A stretch of 64,000 nt of DNA from an uncultured Streptococcus sp. (GTDB lineage Bacteria > Bacillota > Bacilli > Lactobacillales > Streptococcaceae). Numbering within the stretch: position 1 is the stretch's first letter; each line of letters begins with the position of its first letter. The DNA lies in NCBI GenBank assembly GCA_963548045.1, contig CAUUTJ010000002.1:1578-65577 (forward strand), written 5' to 3'. The notes beneath the pieces are model-generated. The model was not told the DNA's origin and ran no database searches. It was given only the letters and a program-made list of their open reading frames with translations. Both the position numbers and the translations under genes were made by a program. This document shows positions 10,767 through 22,576 of this stretch, piece by piece.

Positions 10767-12869
10767 ATGAATAACAACTTTAATAACTTTAACAACATGG
10801 ATGATTTGTTTAACCAATTGATGGGTGGTATGCGTGGATACAGTTCAGAAAACCGTCGCTACTTGATTAACGGTCGTGAAGTAACACCTGAAGAATTTGC
10901 GATTTACCGTCAAACAGGTCAACTTCCTAGCGAAGGAAGTGATCAAGCTCAGTATGTTCAAGGTAAAGCTATGAAACAAGACGGTATTCTTGCTAAACTT
11001 GGACGTAATTTAACTGCTGAAGCTCGTGAAGGGAAGCTAGATCCGGTTATTGGACGTAACAAGGAAATTCAAGAAACATCTGAAATCCTTTCTCGTCGTA
11101 CAAAGAATAACCCGGTTCTTGTCGGTGATGCTGGTGTTGGTAAAACGGCAGTAGTAGAAGGTCTTGCCCAAGCTATCGTGAATGGTGATGTTCCAGCAGC
11201 AATCAAGAACAAGGAAATCATTTCAATTGATATTTCAGGTCTTGAAGCTGGTACGCAATACCGTGGTAGCTTTGAGGAAAACATTCAAAACTTGGTAAAC
11301 GAAGTCAAAGAAGCTGGAAATATTATCCTCTTCTTCGACGAAATCCACCAAATCCTTGGCGCAGGTAGCACAGGGGATGGTCAAGGATCTAAAGGTCTTG
11401 CTGATATCTTAAAACCAGCTCTTTCACGTGGAGAATTGACAGTGATTGGTGCAACAACTCAAGATGAATACCGTAATACAATCTTGAAAAACGCTGCCCT
11501 TGCTCGTCGTTTCAACGAAGTAAAAGTTAATGCTCCATCTGCTGAAGATACTTTCAAAATTCTCCAAGGTATTCGTGATCTTTATCAACAACACCACAAC
11601 GTCATTTTGCCAGATGAAGTATTGAAAGCAGCTGTTGATTACTCTGTTCAATACATTCCACAACGTAGCTTGCCTGATAAGGCTATCGACCTTGTCGATG
11701 TGACAGCTGCTCACTTGGCTGCACAACACCCAGTAACAGATGTACATGCTGTGGAACATGAAATTGAAGAAGAAAAAGCTAAACAAGAGGCTGCAGCTGC
11801 TAAAGAAGACTATGAAGCAGCTTTAAATGCAAAAGTTCGTATCGAAGAACTTGAAAAGCAAATTGCTAACCATACAGAAGATCACAAGGTTACAGCGACT
11901 GTAAATGACGTAGCTGAGTCTGTAGAACGTATGACAGGTATTCCTGTTTCACAAATGGGTGCAACTGATATCGAACGTTTGAAAGATATGGGTCACCGTT
12001 TGCAAACTAAGGTTATCGGTCAAGATAAAGCCGTTGAAGCAGTGGCACGTGCTATCCGTCGGAACCGTGCAGGATTTGACGAAGGGAACCGTCCAATCGG
12101 TAGCTTCCTCTTTGTAGGTCCTACTGGTGTCGGTAAGACTGAATTGGCTAAACAATTGGCTCTTGATATGTTCGGAACCAAAGATGCCATCATCCGTTTG
12201 GATATGTCAGAATACAGCGACCGCACAGCCGTTTCTAAATTGATTGGTACAACAGCAGGTTATGTTGGTTATGATGACAATAGCAATACTTTGACAGAAC
12301 GTGTTCGCCGTAACCCATACTCAATCGTCCTTCTCGACGAAATTGAAAAGGCTGACCCTCAAGTCATCACCCTTCTCCTCCAAGTTTTGGATGATGGTCG
12401 TTTGACAGATGGTCAAGGTAACACTGTAAACTTCAAGAATACTGTAATCATTGCTACTTCGAACGCTGGCTTTGGTTATGAAGCGAACTTGACAGAAGAT
12501 GCGGATAAACCAGAATTGATGGATCGTTTGAAACCTTACTTCCGTCCAGAATTCTTGAACCGTTTCAACGCTGTGATTGAATTCTCACACTTGAGTAAGG
12601 AAGATCTTTCTAAGATTGTTGATTTGATGTTGATTGATGTCAATAAGACTCTTTCTAAGAAAGAAATCGACTTGGCAGTGAGCGATGCAGCCAAAGAATA
12701 CATGACTGAAGAAGGTTATGATGAAGTCATGGGTGTTCGTCCTCTCCGTCGTGTGGTTGAACAACAAATCCGTGACAAAGTAACAGACTTCCATTTGGAT
12801 AATCTTGATGCTAAACACCTTGAAGCCGACATGGAAGATGGTGTCTTGGTCATTCGTGAAAAAGCCTAA
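10767..12869 (+). CDS. clpL: Clp/Hsp100 ATPase ClpL
   Basis: [21 protein letters not shown]-terminus, two AAA+ modules ([16 protein letters not shown]). Confidence 0.95.
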   Translation: MNNNFNNFNNMDDLFNQLMGGMRGYSSENRRYLINGREVTPEEFAIYRQTGQLPSEGSDQAQYVQGKAMKQDGILAKLGRNLTAEAREGKLDPVIGRNKEIQETSEILSRRTKNNPVLVGDAGVGKTAVVEGLAQAIVNGDVPAAIKNKEIISIDISGLEAGTQYRGSFEENIQNLVNEVKEAGNIILFFDEIHQILGAGSTGDGQGSKGLADILKPALSRGELTVIGATTQDEYRNTILKNAALARRFNEVKVNAPSAEDTFKILQGIRDLYQQHHNVILPDEVLKAAVDYSVQYIPQRSLPDKAIDLVDVTAAHLAAQHPVTDVHAVEHEIEEEKAKQEAAAAKEDYEAALNAKVRIEELEKQIANHTEDHKVTATVNDVAESVERMTGIPVSQMGATDIERLKDMGHRLQTKVIGQDKAVEAVARAIRRNRAGFDEGNRPIGSFLFVGPTGVGKTELAKQLALDMFGTKDAIIRLDMSEYSDRTAVSKLIGTTAGYVGYDDNSNTLTERVRRNPYSIVLLDEIEKADPQVITLLLQVLDDGRLTDGQGNTVNFKNTVIIATSNAGFGYEANLTEDADKPELMDRLKPYFRPEFLNRFNAVIEFSHLSKEDLSKIVDLMLIDVNKTLSKKEIDLAVSDAAKEYMTEEGYDEVMGVRPLRRVVEQQIRDKVTDFHLDNLDAKHLEADMEDGVLVIREKA

Positions 12870-12887
12870 ATCAAAGTTTTGAGAATA

Positions 12888-12922
12888 AAAAAGGAACCAG
12901 TTGAAAAGCTGGTTCTTTTTTT
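12888..12922. terminator. Bidirectional terminator clpL/luxS
   Basis: AAAAAGGAACCAG/CTGGTTCTTTTT. Confidence 0.8.
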
Positions 12923-12926
12923 ATTG

Positions 12927-13409
12927 TTAAATAACGTGACGTTCAAAGGCATCATCTGAAATTCCTTGTTCAAGAATCAATTTAGCCCACTCCTTAGCTG
13001 AAAATAGGCTGTGATCCTTGTAGTTGCCACAAGATTCAATGGTAGTCCCTGGGACATCTTCCCAAGTTGTTGTCTCTGCAATTTCTTTCAGCGAATCTTT
13101 GATAACAGATGCGATTTCAGCGCTAGTATGCTGTCCCCAAATAATCATATGGAAACCTGTACGACAACCAAATGGGGAACAATCAATCATACCATCAATG
13201 CGAGTACGGATGAGCTTAGCTAAGAGGTGCTCAATTGTATGGAGGCCGGCAGTAGGGATAGAGTCCTCATTTGGTTGAACCAAGCGGATATCAAAGTTAG
13301 AAATGATATCTCCTTTAGGACCTGTTTCTTCTCCGATTAAACGGACATAAGGTGCTTTAACAATGGTGTGGTCAAGTTCAAAACTTTCAACAATAACTTC
13401 TTTTGACAT
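12927..13409 (-). CDS. luxS: S-ribosylhomocysteine lyase
   Basis: [25 protein letters not shown]. Confidence 0.97.
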   Translation of the reverse strand: MSKEVIVESFELDHTIVKAPYVRLIGEETGPKGDIISNFDIRLVQPNEDSIPTAGLHTIEHLLAKLIRTRIDGMIDCSPFGCRTGFHMIIWGQHTSAEIASVIKDSLKEIAETTTWEDVPGTTIESCGNYKDHSLFSAKEWAKLILEQGISDDAFERHVI

Positions 13410-13540
13410 AGTATTTCCTTTCAACTTTCTTCTTTCATTATATCATAAAGATTTATTTGATAATTGTCAAAAAAAGAACTTTGTATCAGATGTTTATTGA
13501 AAAGTTAGAAATAGAAAAAAATATTTTCAAATCAATTTGA

Positions 13541-13587
13541 AAAATTCTGAAAATTGTATTGACACTTAGCAAAAAAGGGACTATAAT
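13541..13587 (+). promoter_or_regulatory. CodY box and consensus SigA promoter of aliA
   Basis: AAAATTCTGAAAATT (2 mismatches to AATTTTCWGAAAATT) then TTGACA-17nt-TATAAT. Confidence 0.8.
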
Positions 13588-13614
13588 GTATAAAAAGTCA
13601 TAAAGGAGTTTATT

Positions 13615-15591
13615 ATGAAATTTTCAAAAGTAATGGCCCTAGCAGGAGTGACTCTGTTAGCGTCAGGTGTTTTGGCGGCTTGTTCAGGTTCGAGCGCAAA
13701 AGGTGAGAAAACTTTTTCTTACACGTATGAAACCGACCCAGACAACCTCAACTATTTGACAACTGGTAAAGCAGCAACTGCTAATATCACTAGTAACGTC
13801 ATTGACGGTTTGATGGAAAATGACCGCTACGGAAACTTTGTGCCATCAATGGCAGAAGACTGGTCTGTATCTCAAGACGGTTTGACTTACACTTACACAA
13901 TCCGTAAAGATGCTAAATGGTATACTTCTGAAGGTGAAGAGTACGCAGCTGTGAAAGCTCAAGACTTTGTAACAGGTCTTAAATATGCAGCTGACAATAA
14001 ATCAGAAGCACTTTATCTCGTTCAAGATTCTATTAAGGGTCTTGATGCATATGTGAAAGGTGAAGTTAAAGACTTTTCTGAAGTTGGAATCAAGGCAATT
14101 GATGATCAGACAGTTCAATACACTTTGAACAAACCTGAAAGCTTCTGGAACTCTAAAACAACTATGGGTGTTCTTGCACCGGTCAATGAAGAATTCCTTA
14201 CTTCACAAGGAAGTAACTTTGCCAAAGCAACTGATCCAAGTAGTATCCTTTATAACGGTCCGTACTTGTTGAAATCATTGGTAGCTAAATCTTCAGTAGA
14301 ATTTGAAAAGAATCCAAATTACTGGGATAAGGACAATGTTCATATTGATAAAGTAAAACTCTCATTCTGGGATGGTCAAGATACAAACAAACCTGCAGAA
14401 ACCTTTAAGTCTGGTGGTTTCTCAACGGCTCGTCTATTCCCAACAAGTGCAAGTTATCCTGAAACTGAAAAAGAGTTTAAAGACAATATCGTTTATACAC
14501 CACAAGATTCTTCAACTTACTTAATTGGTACCAATATTGATCGTCAGTCTTATAAATATACTTCTAAGACTACAGATGAGCAAAAAACTTCAACTAAGAA
14601 AGCTCTCCTTAACAAAGACTTCCGTCAATCGATTGCCTTCGGTATTGATAGAACAGCTTATACTTCTCAAATCAATGGAGAAAGTGGAGCAACAAAACTT
14701 CTTCGTAACTTGTTCGTACCACCAACATTTGTTCAAGCAGATGGTAAAAACTTTGGTGAATTAGTTAAGGAAAAATTGGTGACCTATGGTGACGAGTGGA
14801 AAGATGTTAACCTAGACGATGCTCAAGACGGTCTTTACAGTCCAGAAAAAGCAAAAGCAGAATTTGCTAAAGCTAAGACAGCTCTCCAAGCAGAAGGTGT
14901 TCAATTCCCAATTCACTTGGATATGCCGGTTGACCAAACAAGTACTACAAAAGTACAACGTGTTCAATCATTGAAACAATCACTTGAAGCAACATTAGGA
15001 ACTGATAACGTAGTCGTTGATATCCAACAACTTCCAAAAGATGAAGTTCTCAATGTCACTTACTTTGCAGAATCAGCTGCTGGGGAAGATTGGGACCTTT
15101 CAGATAACGTTGGTTGGACTCCAGACTTTGCAGACCCATCTACTTACCTTGATATCATCAAACCATCAGTCGGTGAAAACACTAAAACTTACCTAGGATT
15201 TGATGCAGGAACAAATAATGCTGCTGCCAAACAAGTTGGTTTGGAAGACTACGAAAAGATGGTTGTTGAAGCTGGAAATGAAAACACTGACGTTTCAAAA
15301 CGTTATGACAAATATGCTGCAGCTCAAGCTTGGTTGACAGATAGCGCTTTGATTATTCCAACATCTTCTCAAACTGGACGTCCAATGTTGTCTAAGATGG
15401 TACCATTTACGCTTCCATTTGCTTACTCAGGTAACAAGGGAACAACTGAACCTCTCTTGTACAAATACCTTGAACTTCAAGATAAACCAGTAACTGCTGA
15501 TGAATATCAAAAAGCTCAAGATAAATGGAAGAAAGAAAAAGAAGAATCCAATAAAAAAGCGCAAGAAGATCTTGCAAACCATGTCAAATAA
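13615..15591 (+). CDS. aliA: Oligopeptide-binding lipoprotein AliA
   Basis: LAAC lipobox, GEKTFSYTYETDPDNLNYL, SBP family 5, position next to pbp1a. Confidence 0.88.
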   Translation: MKFSKVMALAGVTLLASGVLAACSGSSAKGEKTFSYTYETDPDNLNYLTTGKAATANITSNVIDGLMENDRYGNFVPSMAEDWSVSQDGLTYTYTIRKDAKWYTSEGEEYAAVKAQDFVTGLKYAADNKSEALYLVQDSIKGLDAYVKGEVKDFSEVGIKAIDDQTVQYTLNKPESFWNSKTTMGVLAPVNEEFLTSQGSNFAKATDPSSILYNGPYLLKSLVAKSSVEFEKNPNYWDKDNVHIDKVKLSFWDGQDTNKPAETFKSGGFSTARLFPTSASYPETEKEFKDNIVYTPQDSSTYLIGTNIDRQSYKYTSKTTDEQKTSTKKALLNKDFRQSIAFGIDRTAYTSQINGESGATKLLRNLFVPPTFVQADGKNFGELVKEKLVTYGDEWKDVNLDDAQDGLYSPEKAKAEFAKAKTALQAEGVQFPIHLDMPVDQTSTTKVQRVQSLKQSLEATLGTDNVVVDIQQLPKDEVLNVTYFAESAAGEDWDLSDNVGWTPDFADPSTYLDIIKPSVGENTKTYLGFDAGTNNAAAKQVGLEDYEKMVVEAGNENTDVSKRYDKYAAAQAWLTDSALIIPTSSQTGRPMLSKMVPFTLPFAYSGNKGTTEPLLYKYLELQDKPVTADEYQKAQDKWKKEKEESNKKAQEDLANHVK

Positions 15592-15596
15592 AAGAA

Positions 15597-15666
15597 AGTG
15601 GAGTTAGTGATTAACTCCACCTTTTTTACGCTAAAAAACCTAGGAAACTATTCCTAGGTTTTTTTT
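15597..15666. terminator. Two terminators between aliA and pbp1a
   Basis: GTGGAGTTA/TAACTCCAC and AAAAAACCTAGGAA/TTCCTAGGTTTTTT. Confidence 0.8.
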
Positions 15667-15668
15667 GA

Positions 15669-17813
15669 TTATTGTTGTCCTTGAGGATTTGGATTTTGTC
15701 GAGGATTTTGTTGAGGAGGTTGATTCGTATTTGGTACCGAAGGATTTTGGGTGGTATTAGAGTTAGTAGCTTCAGTGACAGAGGATTGGTTTTCTGTTGT
15801 TGCATTTGAAATTTCTGTAATAGGTTGTTGAGGAGTTTGAGTTATCCAATTATTACGTGCACCATTCTTAAAGATGTAATCTCCACTTCTATAGAGTCCT
15901 TCTGGCATGGTCCAATCACCGGGATGGTCATCCTCGGCTAGATATTGCATCATTGAACGATAGATACTAGTAGCAACATTAAAACCATCACCAACGATTG
16001 GAGTAAGACGGTTAGTATAACCTGTCCAGACAGCCATTGAATATTTGCGAGTATAACCTACAAACATTTCATCAGGTGCAACAAATTGACTAGTCTTAAT
16101 CTGATTTTCGATTTCTTCATCTGTGTAGTTAGATGTACCTGTTTTTCCTGCTTGTGGAAGCCATGATATATAGGCGTCATGGCCTGTACCAGAGTATAAT
16201 ACAGTTTTCATCATTTCGGTCATCATGTAGGCAGTTGTTTCTTTCATAGCGCGTGAACCTGGGTCAGAGAATTCTTTCGAAGTTCCGTCACTAAAAACAA
16301 TTTTATTAATGTACATTGGTTTGTGGTAGATACCACCATTAGCAAAGGCAGCATAAGCAGCAGCAATCTTTTCACTGCTTGCTCCATATTTCTTGCTAGA
16401 CTCGGTTGTATTACTTGAAATAGCATTGACGTAAAGCATAGAGGGGTAATCTATGCCGAGTCCATTTAAGAATGTTTTTGCTTTTTCTAGTCCAACTTTT
16501 TCGAGTGTTTCTACAGCTGGAACATTTCGAGATTGTTGAATGGCAGTTTGTAGTGTAATATTGCCATAATAGCCACGATCCCAGTTATAAACGGGAGTAT
16601 TAGTACCAGGAAAGTTATATGGTACATCCTTTACCATGTATGCAGTAGAGTCATAAATATCATACTCAAGCGCGGGAGCGTAATCTGTGATAGGTTTCAT
16701 AGTAGAACCCCAGTCACGGTTTGTTTCGACCGCTTGATTAATACCGAAAGAAATATTACTTGACTGGTGTCTAGAACCAAGTTGTGCGATGACTTTACCA
16801 TTTGTAACGTCAACGATAGTAGAAGCAGCCTGGATTTCATCATCAGGATAATTTACATACTCATCGGTGTTGTAAACATCCCAGAGTCGTTTTTGAACGT
16901 CTTGGTTCACGTTAGTATAGACATCCATACCAGTAGTTAAAAGATTGTAACCTGTTTCGTTTTCAACTTGTTCAATGACTTCTTTGAGGTAATTGTCTAA
17001 ATATGGAGGATAACTGTTGCTACTTTTGAGGCTTTGTAAACCATCAGTGATTGGTGTGTTGATAGCTGTTTCGTATTGCTCAGCTGTCAGATAACCTTGT
17101 TTTTGCATCTCTGATAGGACTAGATTACGACGTTCAGTAGCTTCTTCTGGATGGGAATAAGGATCGTATTGGTTCGGTGCTTGAGGCATGCCAGCGAGCA
17201 GTGCAAGTTGTGGAATAGATAAGTCTTTTAAATCTTTACCATAGTAGTTTTGCGCAGCAGTCTGCATACCATAGTTACCATTTGACATATATACTTTATT
17301 GATGTAATATGTCAAAATTTCTTGTTTGGTTGCAGTTCTTTCTAGCTGGATGGCTAACCATGCTTCTTGGGCCTTACGAGAGATAGTTTGATCTGACGAA
17401 GATGTTGAAAAATATGTTAATTTAATCAACTGCTGGGTCAAGGTTGAACCACCTTGGAGACCATTGCTCCGAAGATTTCGTAAGAAAGCCCCCATGATAC
17501 GGATGGTATCAATCCCTCTGTGGTTGAAAAAACGATGGTCTTCAATAGAGACAATTGCATTAACAAGATTTGTTGGAATTTCACTACTTTGAGCATTTAC
17601 ACGACGCTCCGCACCTAAGTCTGCAATTAATTCATTTTTACTGTCGTAAATTTTACTTGAAGTTGTTGCGACTAGTTTGCTTTCGGTAAGTTCAGGCGCT
17701 TTAGATGCATAATAGAAGAAGACACTTCCACCGATTAGTATCGAAGCGATAAAGGCAGCTAAGATTCCAATTCCTAGATATTTAGCAATGCGCCAGATAA
17801 GTTGTTTATTCAT
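15669..17813 (-). CDS. pbp1a: Class A penicillin-binding protein 1a
   Basis: EDHRF and GGSTLTQQ glycosyltransferase motifs; STMK, SRN, KTG transpeptidase motifs; overlaps recU. Confidence 0.96.
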   Translation of the reverse strand: MNKQLIWRIAKYLGIGILAAFIASILIGGSVFFYYASKAPELTESKLVATTSSKIYDSKNELIADLGAERRVNAQSSEIPTNLVNAIVSIEDHRFFNHRGIDTIRIMGAFLRNLRSNGLQGGSTLTQQLIKLTYFSTSSSDQTISRKAQEAWLAIQLERTATKQEILTYYINKVYMSNGNYGMQTAAQNYYGKDLKDLSIPQLALLAGMPQAPNQYDPYSHPEEATERRNLVLSEMQKQGYLTAEQYETAINTPITDGLQSLKSSNSYPPYLDNYLKEVIEQVENETGYNLLTTGMDVYTNVNQDVQKRLWDVYNTDEYVNYPDDEIQAASTIVDVTNGKVIAQLGSRHQSSNISFGINQAVETNRDWGSTMKPITDYAPALEYDIYDSTAYMVKDVPYNFPGTNTPVYNWDRGYYGNITLQTAIQQSRNVPAVETLEKVGLEKAKTFLNGLGIDYPSMLYVNAISSNTTESSKKYGASSEKIAAAYAAFANGGIYHKPMYINKIVFSDGTSKEFSDPGSRAMKETTAYMMTEMMKTVLYSGTGHDAYISWLPQAGKTGTSNYTDEEIENQIKTSQFVAPDEMFVGYTRKYSMAVWTGYTNRLTPIVGDGFNVATSIYRSMMQYLAEDDHPGDWTMPEGLYRSGDYIFKNGARNNWITQTPQQPITEISNATTENQSSVTEATNSNTTQNPSVPNTNQPPQQNPRQNPNPQGQQ

Positions 17814-18406
17814 ATTGTTTTACCACCTAGTAAATGTTGTTTGACGATATCGAGATAAGGTATTTGAGGAAAAGCTTGTTGTTCAATCACAAAACCGTGC
17901 TCTCGAATATAATCAAGCGGCATTGATTTTTTCCCCATATCCTGACGATAAAAACGGATGAGGTCAATTGCCGGTAATAAATACGTTTCCTGATAAGAAG
18001 AAAAATGGATTAAGACGAAGCAAATTCCTTGTTGTTCAAGGACCTGTTCCATATGCAAAATCTGATGAGAGTGGAAATTCTTCATCGGAAAAGCTCTTTT
18101 TTGTTTAGTTTCCTTGGCTTCGAAATCGATATAAAATCCTTCATAAACACCCGAGTAGTCAGTTGTTGATGCCTGTCTAAAATAGGCTTCAACAATTTTA
18201 GCACGACTCCGCTGAGGATAGTCGACTCGTACAATTTGAATCGGGGTTGGCTTTTTATGAATGACTGCCATTCCATGTGAGAGATAGTAGTCGTTCGTAG
18301 CGTTAATCATCTTTTCAAAACTCATTCCCCGATTTGCGAAATTTTTAGTTTGAGGTAGGGAAGTTTTGCTTGATTTAGATGAAAGTTTATGTGGATAGTT
18401 GACCAT
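17810..18406 (-). CDS. recU: Holliday junction resolvase RecU
   Basis: NRGMSFE, HKKPTP, STTDYSG, DFEAKET. Confidence 0.96.
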   Translation of the reverse strand: MVNYPHKLSSKSSKTSLPQTKNFANRGMSFEKMINATNDYYLSHGMAVIHKKPTPIQIVRVDYPQRSRAKIVEAYFRQASTTDYSGVYEGFYIDFEAKETKQKRAFPMKNFHSHQILHMEQVLEQQGICFVLIHFSSYQETYLLPAIDLIRFYRQDMGKKSMPLDYIREHGFVIEQQAFPQIPYLDIVKQHLLGGKTI

Positions 18407-18473
18407 AATCCTCCTTATTGGTACAATAACATCACTCTATTATACCATAAAGGTCTTTAGAAAGGGTGAAAAA

Positions 18474-19001
18474 ATGCATACAGCCTTGGTTTTGGGATAC
18501 TCAGCTTTTGATTTGGGATTATTTAATGAAAAGGATATCCGTTTAAAAATCATCAAAAAAGCTATCCATAGAGACTTGGAAAGATTAGCTGAAGAAGGAT
18601 TGAAATGGCTAGTGTTTACGGGGACTCTTGGATTTGAACATTGGGTTTTAGAAGTTGCTAAGGAGATGAAAGAAGACTATGGATTTCAACTAGCAACTAT
18701 TTTTGACTTTGAAGCACATGGATCAAATTGGAACGAGGCTAATCAAGCTAAATTGAGTGATTTTAAACAGGTTGATTTTATTAAGTATGCTTACCCTGCT
18801 TATGAGCATAAAGGTCAATTGAGAGATTATCAGATTTTTTTGCTCGAAAATACAGATGGTGCCTACCTTTTTTATGATGAAGAAAATGAAACAAAACTGA
18901 GATTTTTTTACGAACGGATGAAAAAGAAAGACAACTATATTACAAAAATATTAACATTTGAGGATTTAAATGAAGTAGCCGAAAATTTTTCCGAAAATTG
19001 A
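18474..19001 (+). CDS. DUF1273/YpsA SLOG-family protein
   Basis: Conserved recU-ypsA-gpsB order; GTLGFEHW; start reassigned to MHTALV. Confidence 0.85.
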   Translation: MHTALVLGYSAFDLGLFNEKDIRLKIIKKAIHRDLERLAEEGLKWLVFTGTLGFEHWVLEVAKEMKEDYGFQLATIFDFEAHGSNWNEANQAKLSDFKQVDFIKYAYPAYEHKGQLRDYQIFLLENTDGAYLFYDEENETKLRFFYERMKKKDNYITKILTFEDLNEVAENFSEN

Positions 19002-19070
19002 GGCTTTGACCTTGCTTTTTGTTTGCCTTTTTTTATATAATAATACTAGTAACTGAGAATGGAGAGAGAC

Positions 19071-19406
19071 ATGGCAAGTATTATTTTTACAGCAAAGGAT
19101 ATTTTTGAACAAGATTTTGGAAGAGAAGTACGTGGATACAGTAAAGCAGAGGTTGATGAATTCTTAGATGATGTTATCAAGGATTATGAAACCTATGCGG
19201 CCCTCGTGAAATCCCTTCGCTTGGAAATCGCAGAATTAAAAGAAGAATTAGCAAATAAACCTCAAGTAGCACCTGTATCTGTTGCTTCTGAACCTGCAGA
19301 TCTTGGAAGCACAACTTCTATGACCAACTTTGATATTTTGAAACGTTTGAATCGTCTTGAAAAAGAAGTATTTGGAAAACAAATCGTAGAAAACTCTGAT
19401 TTCTAA
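19071..19406 (+). CDS. gpsB: Cell-division regulator GpsB
   Basis: [20 protein letters not shown] and [18 protein letters not shown]. Confidence 0.96.
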   Translation: MASIIFTAKDIFEQDFGREVRGYSKAEVDEFLDDVIKDYETYAALVKSLRLEIAELKEELANKPQVAPVSVASEPADLGSTTSMTNFDILKRLNRLEKEVFGKQIVENSDF

Positions 19407-19418
19407 GAATCATACAGT

Positions 19419-19815
19419 TGTGCAATTTTTGGATAATCGCGTGAAGAGTTTATCTTTTTATGAGGAAAGTCCATGCTAGCACAGGCTGTGATGCCTGTAG
19501 TGTTTGTGCTAGGCGAAACCATAAGCCTAGGGACGAGAAATCGTTACGGCGAGTGAATAGACTAAGTTTTCGGATATGTTTTAGTAGCTCTGAAAGTGCC
19601 ACAGTGACGTAGTCTTTCTGGAAACAGATAGAGTGGAACGCGGTAAACCCCTCAAGCTAGCAACCCAAATTTTGGTCGGGGCATGGAGTGCGCGGAAACG
19701 AACGTAGTACTCTGACTACTAGCAGCTTTTAGCTGTTAGTGGTAGACAGATGATTATCGAAAGAAGTGGTCCTAGTCACTTCTGGAACAAAACATGGCTT
19801 ATAGAAAATTGCATA
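19419..19815 (+). ncRNA. rnpB: RNase P RNA, type B
   Basis: GAGGAAAGTCCATGC, AGTGCCACAGTGACG, GGTAAACCCC, ACAAAACATGGCTTA; terminal helix TGCAATTTT/AAAATTGCA. Confidence 0.96.
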
Positions 19816-19889
19816 TAGGTTGGGGCTGAGAAATCTTTCTCAACCTCATTTTTTAAAAGTGAACAAGAGAAAGGTCTTTAGAGACTGAC

Positions 19890-21068
19890 ATGAAACAAAC
19901 ATTTAATTTAATCGCGACTGCTGCGGCAGGTTTAGAGGCGGTGGTAGGTCGAGAAGTGCGTGCACTAGGCTACGACTGTCAAGTTGAGAATGGTCGAGTT
20001 CGCTTTGAAGGAGATGTGAAGACAATTATTGAAAGCAATCTGTGGCTTCGAGCTGCAGATCGGATTAAGATTGTTGTTGGAACATTTCCTGCAAAAACAT
20101 TTGAAGAACTTTTTCAGGGAGTATTTGCTCTTGATTGGGAAAACTATCTTCCGCTCGGAGCACGTTTTCCAATCTCTAAGGCTAAGTGTGTTAAATCAAA
20201 ACTTCATAATGAACCGAGTGTCCAAGCTATTTCTAAAAAGGCTGTTGTCAAGAAATTGCAGAAACATTATACAAGGCCAGAAGGTGTCCCATTAATGGAG
20301 AATGGACCAGAGTTTAAAATCGAGGTTTCGATTCTTAAAGATGTAGCGACAGTTCTGATTGATACAAGTGGCTCTAGTCTTTTCAAACGTGGGTATCGAA
20401 CAGAAAAGGGTGGAGCTCCAATCAAGGAAAACATGGCAGCGGCTATCCTGCAATTATCAAACTGGTATCCAGATAAACCTCTGATTGATCCAACCTGTGG
20501 GTCAGGGACCTTCTGTATTGAAGCTGCTATGATTGCTCGCAATATGGCGCCAGGCTTACGCCGTTCCTTTGCCTTCGAGGATTGGAATTGGGTCAGTGAC
20601 CGCTTGATTCAGGAAGTCCGCACAGAGGCAAGCAAAAAAATCAATCGAGAGATTGAGCTAGATATCATGGGTTGTGATATTGATGGACGCATGGTAGAAA
20701 TTGCCAAGGCTAATGCCCAGGTGGCAGGAGTTTCTATGGACATCCTCTTTAAACAGATGCGCGTGCAGGATTTACGAACAGACAAGATTAATGGGGTTAT
20801 TATTTCGAATCCACCATATGGGGAGCGTTTGTCAGACGATGCAGGAGTGACCAAACTCTACGCTGAGATGGGAGAAGTATTTGCACCACTCAAGACATGG
20901 AGTAAATTTATCTTGACTAGTGATGAAGCTTTTGAAAGTAAATATGGTAGCCAAGCAGATAAAAAACGAAAACTTTACAACGGTACTTTGAAAGTTGATT
21001 TATATCAATATTTTGGTCAACGAGTGAAAAGACAAGATGCCAAATCAGAAAGGAATGCAAATGAGTAA
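19890..21068 (+). CDS. THUMP-domain class I SAM RNA methyltransferase (RlmL/YpsC-like)
   Basis: [23 protein letters not shown]. Confidence 0.9.
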   Translation: MKQTFNLIATAAAGLEAVVGREVRALGYDCQVENGRVRFEGDVKTIIESNLWLRAADRIKIVVGTFPAKTFEELFQGVFALDWENYLPLGARFPISKAKCVKSKLHNEPSVQAISKKAVVKKLQKHYTRPEGVPLMENGPEFKIEVSILKDVATVLIDTSGSSLFKRGYRTEKGGAPIKENMAAAILQLSNWYPDKPLIDPTCGSGTFCIEAAMIARNMAPGLRRSFAFEDWNWVSDRLIQEVRTEASKKINREIELDIMGCDIDGRMVEIAKANAQVAGVSMDILFKQMRVQDLRTDKINGVIISNPPYGERLSDDAGVTKLYAEMGEVFAPLKTWSKFILTSDEAFESKYGSQADKKRKLYNGTLKVDLYQYFGQRVKRQDAKSERNANE

Positions 21069-22500
21069 GAAAAGACGTAACCACCATCATAAGGGTGAGC
21101 AAGAATCTAAATTTGAATTTGAAGAAGCGAAAGATTTAACGGTTGGTCAGGCCATTCGTAAGAACGAAGAAGTTGAGGCAGGTGTAACTCCAGAAGATAC
21201 GGTCTTGGACAAATATATTAAACAACATCGTGAAGAAATCGAAGCTGATAAGTTTGAAAATTTACAAACAAAAAAAGACCAGCCTGTTCAAAGCTTGGAT
21301 GATATGATTCAAGAAGTGAGAGAAACGACTGAACAAGAAAATACATCAAGTTCAGAAGGGGAAACAATTGCAGATGCAGTAGCTGCAGAGACCACGGAGA
21401 TTGTAGCTCAAGAAGTTGATGCTGAAGAAACAAAAGTTCTCGAGCAACCTTTTAAAGACGAATTGGATGCTGTTGAAATGGCTGAAGTTGCTAATTCGCA
21501 AGCTGCAGTAGTTGATGAAGAAACTGACGAACAACTGCAACCCTTTTCTCGTTCTGATCAGTCTATTGAGAAGCCAAAAAGTAAGAAAAAATTGGCAATC
21601 CTGTCAGTCATTATTTTACTCTTCCTCTTAATTTTGGGAGGTTCATATTACGTTTATCGCCAAATTTCTCGTTCTTCTCAAGAAATTCAAACGAAAGCGG
21701 CAGATTCAGGTTTGGTAAGTAATCAGTCAGTTTTGGAACAATTTAATACTCTCTACGATACATTCTATACCGATGAAAACAAAACGGCTCTTAAAAATAG
21801 CCAGTTTAGTCAACTGAATCAATTGAAGGAACTTCTAGATAAACTTGAAGGAGCGAGAGAACATACTCTAGCCAAATCAAAATATGATAGCTTAGAAACA
21901 CAGATAAAAGCAATTCAAGAAGTTAATTCTCAATTTGAAACTCCAGCTATTACAGATGGTGTCTTGGATACAAATGCAAAAATCAAATCTGACGCGAAAT
22001 TTACAGATATCAAAACTGGAAATACAGAAATTGATAAATTGCTAGATAAAGCAATCAGTCTTGGTAAGAGTCAACTAGCAAGTACGACGACAGATTCGAC
22101 AACAGCAGCGAGCCAGGAAGTGTCAAGTCCAACTACAGAAAGCAGTCCCTCTACTTCAATAAGCGATTCTTCTGCATCTACTAATGGTGGCTTATCGAGT
22201 GAAGGCGTTAATTTGCAAAGAGGTGTGAGCCGAGTACCGTACAATCAATCAGCTGTTAATGACAGCAGTAACCCTGCTTGGACATTTGCAGATGGTGTCC
22301 TTGAAAGAATTCTTGAGACATCACGTGCGCGTGGATACATCACCGGAAACAAATATATCTTGGAACGTGTGAATATTGTTAATGGCAATGGTTACTACAA
22401 TCTTTATAAACCAGATGGAACTTATCTCTTTACCCTTAACTGTAAGACAGGTTACTTTGTAGGTAATGGCTCTGGCCATGCTGATGATTTAGACTACTAG
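21061..22500 (+). CDS. mapZ: Division-site positioning protein MapZ (LocZ)
   Basis: Acidic cytoplasmic domain, one TM, Ser-rich linker, C-terminal NGNGYYNLY...GYFVGNG. Confidence 0.92.
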   Translation: MSKKRRNHHHKGEQESKFEFEEAKDLTVGQAIRKNEEVEAGVTPEDTVLDKYIKQHREEIEADKFENLQTKKDQPVQSLDDMIQEVRETTEQENTSSSEGETIADAVAAETTEIVAQEVDAEETKVLEQPFKDELDAVEMAEVANSQAAVVDEETDEQLQPFSRSDQSIEKPKSKKKLAILSVIILLFLLILGGSYYVYRQISRSSQEIQTKAADSGLVSNQSVLEQFNTLYDTFYTDENKTALKNSQFSQLNQLKELLDKLEGAREHTLAKSKYDSLETQIKAIQEVNSQFETPAITDGVLDTNAKIKSDAKFTDIKTGNTEIDKLLDKAISLGKSQLASTTTDSTTAASQEVSSPTTESSPSTSISDSSASTNGGLSSEGVNLQRGVSRVPYNQSAVNDSSNPAWTFADGVLERILETSRARGYITGNKYILERVNIVNGNGYYNLYKPDGTYLFTLNCKTGYFVGNGSGHADDLDY

Positions 22501-22576
22501 TCAAATTGTTATAAAATTCTTTCTTTTCACAGATAAACATGATAAAATAAAACATATTAATTAAGAGGAGTGTCAC

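Noticed and set aside
10463..10798. 111-aa minus-strand ORF across the clpL leader
   Set aside because: Non-ATG start inside clpL, no evident RBS, low-complexity AT-rich translation
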